A DNA stretch of 64,000 bases, from contig CAITTG010000035.1 in NCBI GenBank assembly GCA_903895255.1, forward strand, positions 26,714-90,713, given 5' to 3'. Positions 8,324 to 17,213 of the stretch are shown here, in pieces. A program made the position numbers and the translations under genes. The notes under the pieces were generated by a model, which was given only the letters and a program-made list of their open reading frames with translations, was not told the origin of the DNA and did not search any database. The first letter of the stretch is position 1; every line of letters begins with the position of its first letter. This DNA is from an uncultured Verrucomicrobia subdivision 3 bacterium. GTDB lineage: Bacteria; Verrucomicrobiota; Verrucomicrobiia; Limisphaerales; UBA11358.

Positions 8324-9511
8324 TTACACCCTGGCTGGCAAATGCTTTCGCACCCATTCCCCATCCGCCAGCTTTAACAACTTCTCCCCCGCCGCCCGCA
8401 GCGTCTCCTCCTTCTTCGCAAAATGAAACCGGATGAACCGGTGCTCGGGTTCGCGGAAGAAGCTCGACCCCGGAACACCGGCGACGCCGACTTCACGGAC
8501 GAACCACTCGGCGGCCTCCGTATCCTTGGTGAAGCCCAGCGGCGAGATATCCACCATCACATAATAGGCCCCTTGCGGTTCCGTGAAGCGCAGGCCGGTT
8601 CGGCGCAGGCAATCCAGAAACACCGCGCGCTTGGCGGTGTACACATCGCGCAGGCCGGCATAATAACTGTCCGGCAGTTCCAAGCCCGCCACCGCTGCCT
8701 CTTGCAAGGGCGCGGCCGCCCCCACCGTCAGAAAATCATGCACCTTGCGCGCCTGGGCAATGATCGCCGGGGCCGCATGCACATACCCCAGCCGCCAGCC
8801 GGTGATGGAGTAGGTTTTGGACAGGGAATTGCAAGTGATCGTGCGTTCCGCCGCCCCCGGCAGGCTGGCACAGTAAACGTGTTCGTGCGGCGCGTAGACG
8901 ATGTGTTCGTACGGTTCGTCCGTGATGACGAAGGCGTCATGCCGCTCCGCCAGCGCCAGAATCTCCAGCAATTCCGCGCGGGTAAACACCTTGCCGGTGG
9001 GATTCGAGGGATTGCAGACGATGATGGCCTTGGGCTTTTGCGCAAAGGCGCGGGCCAGTTCGGCCGAATCAAACCCAAAATCCGGCGCGTGCAGCGGCAC
9101 ATAAATCGGGATGGCTCCGGAGAGGATCGCATCCGCCGCGTAATTTTCGTAGAAGGGGGAAAATACAATGACGCGGTCGCCCGGATTGCACGCCGTCATC
9201 ATCGCCACCATCATGGCCTCGGTGCTGCCGCAGGTCACCACCAGATGCTGGTCCGGGTCCACGGGCAGGCCGGTGAAGCGCGTGATTTTCCGCGCCAGCG
9301 CCGCGCGAAACCGGGGTGCGCCCCAGGTGACCGCATACTGGTGAAACGGTCCGCGCGTGGCCCTTTCCAAGGCGGATAAGAGTTCCTCCGGCGGATCAAA
9401 ATCGGGAAAACCCTGGGCGAGATTAATGGCATGGTGACGGGTGGCAAGACGCGTCATCCCGCGAATCACCGATTCGGAAAACGCTGCAAGTCGGGTGGCC
9501 GGTAATGGCAT
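8324..9511 (-). CDS. Pyridoxal-phosphate-dependent aminotransferase, class I/II (YbdL/kynurenine-oxoglutarate type)
   Basis: 395 aa. Motifs INLAQGFPDF, CNPSNPTGKV, SLSKTYSITGWRLGY (PLP Lys), IRFHFAK. Confidence 0.9.
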   Translation of the reverse strand: MPLPATRLAAFSESVIRGMTRLATRHHAINLAQGFPDFDPPEELLSALERATRGPFHQYAVTWGAPRFRAALARKITRFTGLPVDPDQHLVVTCGSTEAMMVAMMTACNPGDRVIVFSPFYENYAADAILSGAIPIYVPLHAPDFGFDSAELARAFAQKPKAIIVCNPSNPTGKVFTRAELLEILALAERHDAFVITDEPYEHIVYAPHEHVYCASLPGAAERTITCNSLSKTYSITGWRLGYVHAAPAIIAQARKVHDFLTVGAAAPLQEAAVAGLELPDSYYAGLRDVYTAKRAVFLDCLRRTGLRFTEPQGAYYVMVDISPLGFTKDTEAAEWFVREVGVAGVPGSSFFREPEHRFIRFHFAKKEETLRAAGEKLLKLADGEWVRKHLPARV

Positions 9512-9612
9512 AGGTTTTAAGTTTTAGGCCGGTATCATCGGTAAATCCGGGCGATTTGTCGAACGACAAAATTTTTTTAAAATTGTTTGACAGCGTGTCG
9601 TCATGGTGATTA

Positions 9613-9634
9613 AATAACGACATAATAAGTCGTA
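9613..9634 (+). promoter_or_regulatory. Operator-like motif copy 1 (AATAACGACA-N-TAAGTCGTA), overlapping a TTGACA-17-TTAAAT promoter (9587-9615)
   Basis: 18 of 22 positions identical to a second copy at 9903-9924. Located upstream of ORF 9673-9879. Confidence 0.3.
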
Positions 9635-9672
9635 TAAAGCGCGTTTAAAAACCGACAGAGAAAAACACTGAT

Positions 9673-9879
9673 ATGAAAAACAACCATCGTTTGCCCAAAG
9701 GATTCAAGGTCATAGTGAGCGATCTCGGCCTTGGGCGTTTTGCCGTATCGATTAATCATCTTGGCCGTCGTGTCGGGTTCTTCTGGCGGAATTTCGCCTC
9801 CCCGCTGCATGCCCGGGAAACCGGCGTGGCTTCCGCCGTGGCGCTGGCGGATTGTCTGCAACGGGGAATTAAACTTTAA
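9673..9879 (+). CDS. Hypothetical small protein in an AT-richer islet
   Basis: 68-aa ORF preceded by a promoter-like element. No recognisable family. Confidence 0.35.
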   Translation: MKNNHRLPKGFKVIVSDLGLGRFAVSINHLGRRVGFFWRNFASPLHARETGVASAVALADCLQRGIKL

Positions 9880-9902
9880 ATCAGCTCTTTTTATTTCTCT
9901 TT

Positions 9903-9924
9903 AATAACGACAATGTAAATCGTA
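9903..9924 (+). promoter_or_regulatory. Operator-like motif copy 2 (AATAACGACA-N-TAAATCGTA)
   Basis: Second copy of the 9613-9634 motif, upstream of ORF 9984-10334. Confidence 0.3.
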
Positions 9925-9983
9925 ATTAACCTTTGTGCGGCTGACCGGACCACTGGAAGTAGCCATGAATCTCCTCATTCACC

Positions 9984-10334
9984 ATGTCCGACCCTTTCAG
10001 CCCCATTTCCGCATCCCGCCTGTCCCCGGCGACCGCCCGCCGCTTTTTGCTGGAATGCCGTTATGATTATCGCCAGCGGGTTTGGAACCTTCCGGCCGCC
10101 CAGCTCTCCCTGCCTGAAGCCGCCCTGGCGCTCGCCCGGTTGAGCGACTACGCCGGCAGCCTGAGCGCCCTGGCCACCACACACCCCGCGCCGCTAGCCG
10201 ACGCGCCACTTTCCCAATTTGCCAGCCCTGGCAGGGGAGATTTGCCCGCTCCCTCCCGTCCGCCAACTCAACCGCGGCGAGTCCGGCCCCGGCGTTGGCG
10301 GAGGGGGAAACTTTACGCCCAGCCCACCGTTTAA
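9984..10334 (+). CDS. Hypothetical protein
   Basis: 116-aa ORF with an Arg/Pro-rich C-terminus and no recognisable domain. Could be non-coding. Confidence 0.3.
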   Translation: MSDPFSPISASRLSPATARRFLLECRYDYRQRVWNLPAAQLSLPEAALALARLSDYAGSLSALATTHPAPLADAPLSQFASPGRGDLPAPSRPPTQPRRVRPRRWRRGKLYAQPTV

Positions 10335-10478
10335 AAATGATTCGCACCGGGCCATGTGACTTTGCCGACCCCACCCGGGGAGGTTTACCTGCAAACCCGC
10401 GTCCGCCGGCCTTACGGATTCGCATCCGCTGCCGTCGACCACTAACGCGGTAAATTCAAAACCATACGCATAAAATAA

Positions 10479-11972
10479 ATGAAACCCTCTGGCAAACCGC
10501 TCACTCTGGCCGTCTTTAGCGCGGCCTTTCTCTCCACGATCACGCTGGCCGCCAACGCCGATGTCATTACCGACTGGAATCTTACCACCGTCAGCGCCAC
10601 CAAGACCGCCGGTCTGAACAGCAATCTGGGCTCGCGCATCGATGCCATTGAAGCCATTGCCGTCTATGACGCGGTCAATTCCATCCGCCAGTTTGGCAAG
10701 CCCTATCACTATTACGCTCCCAACACCGGTTCCGCGCAGGCGGCGGCGGCCCAGGCGGCGCATGATGTGCTGGTGCATTACTTCCCCGCTCAGCAGTCAA
10801 GCCTCGATGCCCATCTGGCCAGCAGCCTGGCCGCCATCACGGATGGTCCGATTGGCAATGGTGAGACCGTGGGCGCGGCGGCGGCGGCGGATATCATCGC
10901 CTTGCGCGCCAACGACGGCTTCAGTCCCAACGTCACCTATCCCGGGCCCGCCACGATTGTTCCCGGCGCCTATCAGCTAACCCCGAACATTCCCACCGTG
11001 ACCGCCCCGCCCTACACGTTTAACAACGGCATCAACGAGCAATGGGGCACGGTCACGCCTTTTGTGCTGGCCACCACCAATCAATTTCGCCCCGGCCCGC
11101 CGCCCGCGCTGGACAGTGCGACCTACAGCAATGCCCTGGCGCAGGTGCAATCCCTGGGCGCGCTCAACAGCACCACCCGAACGGCCGACCAGACGCACAT
11201 CGCGAACTTTTACAAGCAGGACGCCGAGTTGACCGCCAACGAGGCGGCCCGGGAGGCGGCGATCACCCGCGGACTGGCGCTGGAGCAAAATGCGCTGCTT
11301 TTTGCGCTGGTGGACATTGCGGTGGCGGATGCACGCATCGCCATCTGGGACGCCAAATACACCTATCTATTCTGGCGTCCGGTGACGTCCTTGAACGCCA
11401 ACCCGGATGGCACGGTGACCAATAATTACAGCGCCTTTCAGCCGCTCGTGCTCACTCCCAATCATCCGGATTATCCCTGCGGCCACTGCGGCACGGTGAA
11501 TGCCGGCATCGAGGTGCTCAAGGCGTTTGTGGGGGATCAGAATACCGTTCAGTTACACACCACCACGGCTGGCGAGCCGGCCCGGCTGGTGCAGACGCTC
11601 AGCAATGTTGAATCGGAAAATGGCTGGAGCCGGGTGTATGGGGGCATTCATTATTCCTTCGACAACACGACCGCCCAGAGTATCGGCAACCAAGTGGCGG
11701 CCTATGTGCTGGCCAATGGCCCGGCCTTCATCCTGAATTCCACCGCCACCGCCCCCTCCCAGGTGGGCATTGCCACCTACCCGGGAATCACCATCACGGG
11801 CGTGGGCGGTCAGGCCTACCGGATTGATTACGCGACCTCGCTCGCGCCGACCAACTGGATTCCACTCAAGTACGTGACCCTGCCCAGCTCGGCCCCTTAT
11901 TTGGTCCAGGACACCACGCCTTACAGTGGCAGCGCCGCCCGGTATTACCGCGCGGTTGCGCTTTCCAACTAA
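10479..11972 (+). CDS. Secreted vanadium-dependent haloperoxidase-like / PAP2-superfamily protein
   Basis: 497 aa. Signal peptide MKPSGKPLTLAVFSAAFLSTITLAANA. Motifs LFWRPVT, HPDYPCGHC and SRVYGGIHY correspond to the acid-phosphatase/V-haloperoxidase active-site motifs. Has an extra C-terminal beta-rich domain. Confidence 0.8.
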   Translation: MKPSGKPLTLAVFSAAFLSTITLAANADVITDWNLTTVSATKTAGLNSNLGSRIDAIEAIAVYDAVNSIRQFGKPYHYYAPNTGSAQAAAAQAAHDVLVHYFPAQQSSLDAHLASSLAAITDGPIGNGETVGAAAAADIIALRANDGFSPNVTYPGPATIVPGAYQLTPNIPTVTAPPYTFNNGINEQWGTVTPFVLATTNQFRPGPPPALDSATYSNALAQVQSLGALNSTTRTADQTHIANFYKQDAELTANEAAREAAITRGLALEQNALLFALVDIAVADARIAIWDAKYTYLFWRPVTSLNANPDGTVTNNYSAFQPLVLTPNHPDYPCGHCGTVNAGIEVLKAFVGDQNTVQLHTTTAGEPARLVQTLSNVESENGWSRVYGGIHYSFDNTTAQSIGNQVAAYVLANGPAFILNSTATAPSQVGIATYPGITITGVGGQAYRIDYATSLAPTNWIPLKYVTLPSSAPYLVQDTTPYSGSAARYYRAVALSN

Positions 11973-12035
11973 AGGAGTTGCCGCGCGGGCGGCGGATCTT
12001 CACCGCCGCCCGCGTCTTTTCAACCACTCACTACC

Positions 12036-12392
12036 ATGCCAAGAATCATTAACCGAATCGCCAGTCAGAAATCCGCCGCCCCGCTCCTCGTCGCCCACCA
12101 CCGGGAGGTGATCACCCAGCCGGTCGGTCCCACTCCGGGAACCCTGCCATCCGAGGCCGTTGCGGCCTATGCCTATTACATTTGGGAGCAGGAGGGACGG
12201 CCCGTGGGCCGGGAGCAGGAACACTGGCAGCAAGCCGAACTGCAGTTGCGCTGGGCGTTGCTGACACATGACGACGGGATTACCTCGCAAAGTAGAGTCC
12301 GGCGTACACTTTGGGATCAATTAACCGCCCGGTTTCAGCCTGGGCGGCCAGCCACCCGGCGACTTCCGCCAGCGGAATCGCGTGCACGGTGA
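12036..12392 (+). CDS. DUF2934-domain protein
   Basis: AAYAYYIWEQEGRPVGREQEHWQQAELQL is the DUF2934 signature. The 3' end overlaps the convergent NUDIX gene by 113 nt, so the annotated C-terminus may be partly read-through. Confidence 0.6.
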   Translation: MPRIINRIASQKSAAPLLVAHHREVITQPVGPTPGTLPSEAVAAYAYYIWEQEGRPVGREQEHWQQAELQLRWALLTHDDGITSQSRVRRTLWDQLTARFQPGRPATRRLPPAESRAR

Positions 12393-12795
12393 TATTCTCG
12401 CCGGCCACGCCGCCACCCGGGCCCTGCCGCTGCAACTCCGTAGCGCGAAACAAAGTCACTCGCTCCGACGTGATACCGCCGCAGGACGGACCGGTCGTCA
12501 GGACTTCCAATTGGCCGGCGGCATAGCCCGTTTCCTCCAGTAATTCCCGTCTGGCGGCGGCCCGGGCGGATTCATGGTGCTCCCCCGGCTCATCACCGAT
12601 CACGCCTGCGGGCAACTCAATCGTGCGGGCTTGCAAGGGGATGCGGAATTGCTCCACCAGCAACAGCTCCTGCTGCGCCGTCACTGCCAAGATGATGGCC
12701 GCATTGCGCGCATTCACCCGGTCCACATATTCCCATGTGCCCGCCTTGACCAGTTTGAGAAACCGCCCGGTGTATTCCGTTATGGGTATTTCCAT
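12280..12795 (-). CDS. NUDIX hydrolase (ADP-ribose pyrophosphatase-like)
   Basis: 171 aa. Nudix box GVIGDEPGEHHESARAAARRELLEETGY. Confidence 0.85.
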   Translation of the reverse strand: MEIPITEYTGRFLKLVKAGTWEYVDRVNARNAAIILAVTAQQELLLVEQFRIPLQARTIELPAGVIGDEPGEHHESARAAARRELLEETGYAAGQLEVLTTGPSCGGITSERVTLFRATELQRQGPGGGVAGENITVHAIPLAEVAGWLAAQAETGRLIDPKVYAGLYFAR

Positions 12796-12979
12796 GGCCA
12801 GTATGTTAGAAAACTGGCGGCGGGAAGACTAATGGGAAAAAACGGGGCTGCCGGGCCGCATCACGTTGATCGTCCCCTGGGAACACAATGATCTGAAAAA
12901 TACAATTTTTGCCCCTCCACAGCGGATTTCCACGTTCCCCCAGTGTCAAACAATGCTGGCGAGAAATGGGGGCCTGAAA

Positions 12980-14509
12980 TCAAACCAGATGCCGCGCCTG
13001 GCGCTTTGGCAGCGTACGCGCGGGCTTGGCACCCGGCGCTGGTCCCGCGGGCAGGAACTCTTTCATAAAGCCGGGTTTGTCGAAGCGGCCCCCGTTTTGG
13101 TAATCGCGCCAGAGCGTTTCCGCGGCCAGTTTGGGGTCCAGCGCGAGTTCGTCGGTCAGGTATTCAAACAGCAATTCCATCAGCCGCACCAGGTTGATGC
13201 TGTCAGTGCGGCCCAGCCGGGCGTAGAGCCAGTCGCTCCAGCGCAGGAAGGCATGGAAGGGGGAGGCCGCCGAATGCCAGATCAGGGGCGTGGCGTGGCG
13301 GAAATTACCACTGTTGCCCACGGTATCCCAGTATTTGGCGAAGCGCCGGAGCCGTTGCATGGCTGGGAAATCAATCAGGCGGTTGCACAGAATCTCGTAG
13401 GGCGGTTGCGGATGCCACGTCAGGCCCCATTCCGCATCGTGGCGGATGATGGGGGTGCCGCGCAGCCGTTTGAGGATGCCCACCTGGATTTCTTGCGGGC
13501 CGAGGGCGATGAGACGGTCAAAGCCGGCCGCAAAACTTTCCAGCGTTTCCCCGGGCAGCCCCACAATGAGGTCGGCATGGATGTGCACCCCGGTGTGCTG
13601 GCGCAAGTAGGTGAAATTATCTTGAAGTTTCGCGTAGTTCTGCCGCCGGCTGATCAACTGCCCCACCGCCGGATTAAACGTCTGGATGCCCACCTCAAAT
13701 TGCAACATGCCGGGCGGAAACCGGGCGATGATTTCCCGCAAGTCCTCGGGCAGGCGGTCGGGGATCATTTCGAAGTGGAAGAAATGGCCGGGCTGGCTGC
13801 GTTCCAGCAGAAATTCCAGAATGGTCCGGCTGACGGCGACATTGAGATTAAACGTGCGGTCCACAAACTTGAACTGTTTGAGCCCGCGATCCAGCAGTTG
13901 CTGGAGTTGCTCCAGCAGGACGGGGAGGGGCACGGCCCGCACGGGAACATCCAGTGACGACAGACAGAATTCGCAGGTGAACGGGCAGCCGCGTGAGGCC
14001 TCAATGTAAACAATGCGATGGGCGATATCCTCCGCGCGATAGAACGAATACGGCAGGGTGAGCCGCGCGAAGTCGGGCAGTTCGGCGGCGATGATCTTGG
14101 GCAAGGGCGGTCCATCGCTCAACAATCCCGCGCACACTTCGGCGAATTTCAGATCCGCCTCGCCCGTGATGACATGGTCCGCGAGCTGGACGATGGCCTG
14201 GCCGTCGGTTTCGTAACTGACTTCCGGTCCGCCCAGGATGATTTTAATATCCGGCTGAATGCGGCGGATGGCGGCGATAACCGTAGTGGTGGGTTCGACA
14301 TTCCAAATATAAATCCCAAAGCCGATAATTTTCGGCCGGTGCGCCAGGATGGCTTCCACGATGTCCAGCGGCCGCTGGTTGATGTCAAATTCCACCAGGG
14401 TGGCGCGGGCTTGCAACGGGCCGAGGTTGGCCAGCAGGTAACGCAAACCAAACGCCGCATGGATGTATTTGGCGTTGAGGGTGGTTAAAAGAATGTCGGC
14501 CACCCGCAA
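12980..14509 (-). CDS. B12-binding-domain radical SAM protein (DUF4080-type C-terminus)
   Basis: 509 aa. N-terminal cobalamin-binding-like domain, then the radical SAM cluster motif ASRGCPFTCEFCLSS. Confidence 0.9.
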   Translation of the reverse strand: MRVADILLTTLNAKYIHAAFGLRYLLANLGPLQARATLVEFDINQRPLDIVEAILAHRPKIIGFGIYIWNVEPTTTVIAAIRRIQPDIKIILGGPEVSYETDGQAIVQLADHVITGEADLKFAEVCAGLLSDGPPLPKIIAAELPDFARLTLPYSFYRAEDIAHRIVYIEASRGCPFTCEFCLSSLDVPVRAVPLPVLLEQLQQLLDRGLKQFKFVDRTFNLNVAVSRTILEFLLERSQPGHFFHFEMIPDRLPEDLREIIARFPPGMLQFEVGIQTFNPAVGQLISRRQNYAKLQDNFTYLRQHTGVHIHADLIVGLPGETLESFAAGFDRLIALGPQEIQVGILKRLRGTPIIRHDAEWGLTWHPQPPYEILCNRLIDFPAMQRLRRFAKYWDTVGNSGNFRHATPLIWHSAASPFHAFLRWSDWLYARLGRTDSINLVRLMELLFEYLTDELALDPKLAAETLWRDYQNGGRFDKPGFMKEFLPAGPAPGAKPARTLPKRQARHLV

Positions 14510-14660
14510 AGTTTAACCTTTTGACCGGCCCAGCGCAATGCAGCCGGGGGACTTGCCGGGCGCGAGCTTTAACGTCACTGATTCGTCTTTTGGCTGTAAC
14601 CTCCATTTAACACTCGAAAACTCGCCTTTTATTGGTATTATTATCACATTCGAGTCGGTA

Positions 14661-15482
14661 ATGGTCGAGTTGCTCGGCCGATTTGAACCAGCAGTATTTA
14701 AATTTATGAAATCTTTGTTGGACCAATCCGCAGTGGCTGACCGGGTGCTGGCGCGTGGGCAAGGCGAAAATCCTTATGAGGCGCGGCTGGCCGCCTCGGT
14801 GGAAGACGTGCGCGCGGCGCAAACCCTGCGATTTCTCGTGTTTAACCTGGAGTTGAACGAGGGTTTGGAGCAGTCCTATGCCACCTTGCGTGATGCGGAT
14901 CCGTTTGATGATATTTGTGATCATTTGCTGGTCATCGACCGTCGGTCGGGTGAAGTCGTGGGCACTTATCGTTTGCAGACGGGAGATGTGGCGGCGCGCA
15001 ACCGGGGGTATTACAGCGCGCAGGAGTTTGACTTGTTGCCGTTTGACGGGATGCGTTCCGCGGTGGTTGAACTGGGGCGGGCCTGTGTGCACAGCCAGCA
15101 TCGTAATCTGGCGGTTTTGGGCCTGCTCTGGAAGGGGATTGCGAATTACTGTCGTTCCCGCGGCGGACGCTATTTGATTGGCTGTAGTTCGCTATCTACT
15201 CAAGATGCGGCGACGGGCGCGGCGGTTTATTCGGATTTGTCCCATCGCTTTTTGGTGGAGGAACGGTTGCGCATCCAGCCGCTGCCGGAACTGGCGTGTC
15301 CGATGGATAAAGTGGCCGAACTATATGAGCGGCCGCCCAAGCTTCTGTCTGCCTACTTGTCGCTGGGTGCCAAAATCTGCGGGGTGCCCGCGATTGACCG
15401 CGAGTTCAAGACCATCGATTTTCTGACGTTCATGGATTTGGAATCACTTTCGCCCTCGACGGTGGCACGCTTTTTAAGCTAA
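14661..15482 (+). CDS. GNAT-family N-acyltransferase, OlsB-like (aminolipid synthesis, first step)
   Basis: Track ORF 14538-15482 trimmed to the ATG at 14661 (alternative ATG at 14706). FNLELNEG..., VVGTYRL, YYSAQEFDL, VELGRACVH..HRN and IDFLTFMDL resemble the OlsB/hemolysin-like acyltransferase family. Followed by a PlsC-type acyltransferase. Confidence 0.75.
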   Translation: MVELLGRFEPAVFKFMKSLLDQSAVADRVLARGQGENPYEARLAASVEDVRAAQTLRFLVFNLELNEGLEQSYATLRDADPFDDICDHLLVIDRRSGEVVGTYRLQTGDVAARNRGYYSAQEFDLLPFDGMRSAVVELGRACVHSQHRNLAVLGLLWKGIANYCRSRGGRYLIGCSSLSTQDAATGAAVYSDLSHRFLVEERLRIQPLPELACPMDKVAELYERPPKLLSAYLSLGAKICGVPAIDREFKTIDFLTFMDLESLSPSTVARFLS

Positions 15483-15492
15483 AACTTCGGAC

Positions 15493-16311
15493 ATGATTGG
15501 GAAATACGTCCGCACGAGTGGCCGGCTCATCGGTTTTGCGTGGGTGATTGGCTCGGCGGCGGTTCAATATGCGGTGACGGTGTGGCTGGCGGGAAAGTCC
15601 TCGGAATTAACGGCCCGTGCCGCCTGGATGGCGCAGACCAGCCGGCGGTTGCTGGCGGCTTTGAACATTGAGGTCACGCGTCACGGCCAGCCCCCCCGGC
15701 ACGGTTTGCTGGCGGCCAATCATTTAGGCTACATTGACATTGTCGTGCTCGGGGCGGCGCAGCCAACGGTTTTTCTTTCCAAGAGCGAGGTGCGGCAGTG
15801 GCCGGTATTTGGGCTGCTGGCCGCGTGCGCAGGGACCCTGTTCATCCGGCGGGATCGCAAGACGGATGTGACGCGCTTCGACGAGGCTTTTTCCGAAGTG
15901 GTGCAGTCGGGAATTATTCTGGGTATTTTTCCCGAAGGCACCAGCACGGATGGCCACCGGGTGCTGCCGTTTCACTCTTCATTGTTTGCCGCCGCCGCCG
16001 AGGCGCAATGGCCGGTGACCCCGGCTTGGGTGGGCTATGAGGTGGAAAATAGCCCGGCGGGTGGCACGGTGGAAAATGACGTGAGTTACTGGGGCGACAT
16101 GACGTTTGGTTCCCATTTTCTGCGGCTGGTGCAACTTTCCAAGGTGCGGGCCACGGTGGTTTATGGCCAGCCGCTCATGGGCGAGCCTGATCGGAAACAA
16201 ATGGCCCGGATGTTGCACCGGCAGGTCTGTGGCATGCGCGAGCAGTATCGTCCTGCGGTGGCCACTGAACCCGTGACGGGTTTGACCGCCGCTGTGGCTG
16301 GTCACTCCTGA
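15493..16311 (+). CDS. Lysophospholipid (PlsC-family) O-acyltransferase, OlsA-like
   Basis: 272 aa. HXXXXD motif ANHLGYIDIV and FPEGTSTDG block. Lies 10 nt after the OlsB-like gene. Confidence 0.85.
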   Translation: MIGKYVRTSGRLIGFAWVIGSAAVQYAVTVWLAGKSSELTARAAWMAQTSRRLLAALNIEVTRHGQPPRHGLLAANHLGYIDIVVLGAAQPTVFLSKSEVRQWPVFGLLAACAGTLFIRRDRKTDVTRFDEAFSEVVQSGIILGIFPEGTSTDGHRVLPFHSSLFAAAAEAQWPVTPAWVGYEVENSPAGGTVENDVSYWGDMTFGSHFLRLVQLSKVRATVVYGQPLMGEPDRKQMARMLHRQVCGMREQYRPAVATEPVTGLTAAVAGHS

Positions 16312-16934
16312 ATAAAGTAACTGAGGTTTTCGAGTTCGATGGCGAGGTTGACATTATTGACGATGACCTCCTCCGGAACATCGAGCACCATGGGCGAAAA
16401 GTTCAGGATGCCCGCCAGACCGGCTTGCACGAGGGTGTTGGCCACTTCCTGGGCCACGGCGGCGGGCACGGACAGAATGGCCATTTTCACACCGTTTTCA
16501 CGGACGAAATCCCGTAATTTGTCCATGCCCAGAATGGTTTGCCGGACCGTTTTATCGCGTTTGCGAGTCGGTTCGGCATCGAAGGCGGCGATGATTTCAA
16601 AGCCCTCCTTTTCGAAGCCGCGGTAGGAAAGCAAGGCCAGACCCAGGTTGCCGACACCCACCAGAATGACGGGTTGCAGCCGGGAAGTGCCCAGTTCCTC
16701 GGCAATTTTGGTATAGAGTTCGGCCACATCGTAACCCAAGCCCCGGGTGCCAAAGGTGCCAAAATAAGCGAGGTCTTTGCGCAGTTGGGTGGGTTTGACC
16801 CCCGCCGCCTTCGCCAGAGCCTCGCTGGACACCGTGGGGATGGCATTGTCGCGCAAACGCGCCAGGCAGCGTGAATAAATGGACAGACGATAAATCGTCT
16901 TGCGGGGGATGAAGGGGCGTTCCGTCTTTTTCAA
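16302..16934 (-). CDS. rex: Redox-sensing transcriptional repressor Rex
   Basis: 210 aa. Winged-helix N-terminus (RLSIYSRCL, SSEALAKAAGVKPTQLRKDLAYFG) and Rossmann VILVGVGNLGLALL. Confidence 0.9.
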   Translation of the reverse strand: MKKTERPFIPRKTIYRLSIYSRCLARLRDNAIPTVSSEALAKAAGVKPTQLRKDLAYFGTFGTRGLGYDVAELYTKIAEELGTSRLQPVILVGVGNLGLALLSYRGFEKEGFEIIAAFDAEPTRKRDKTVRQTILGMDKLRDFVRENGVKMAILSVPAAVAQEVANTLVQAGLAGILNFSPMVLDVPEEVIVNNVNLAIELENLSYFIQE

Positions 16935-17213
16935 ACGCGGAACAAGCTAAGCAAAACTGGGTTGGGGAGCAAGTCCGGTAAAAATTTTTAACATTTGCTG
17001 ATTTCGGCAAGCCATTTGCTGTAGTAAGGTCGTGTCCAATAGGTATGGTTAAGCTTTGGCTGGCATTACAGTTGACAAATTGGGTAAATGAGCCAATAAC
17101 GGATTGAAAGCTGGGTTTGGTGCCGGGTGCCCAAACCAACAGAAAAAACATGGTGCCGGACTGGATGTTTTTATTTAATCAGGAAGTTCAAAAAACGACG
17201 AATCGTTCATAGT

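Noticed and set aside
12866-13957. 363-aa plus-strand ORF
   Set aside because: Antisense to the B12-binding radical SAM gene (CxxxCxxC motif on the minus strand).
14538-14660. N-terminal 41 codons of track ORF 14538-15482
   Set aside because: This AT-richer, promoter-like sequence overlaps the divergent radical-SAM gene's upstream region. The OlsB-like homology starts later, so the start was moved to 14661 (or 14706).
16935-17213. Search for a Rex operator in the rex / ATP-grasp divergent intergenic region
   Set aside because: No TGTGA-N6-TCACA-like palindrome is present. Only a 9-nt direct repeat CATTTGCTG (16992-17000 and 17013-17021) was seen, which is too short to interpret.
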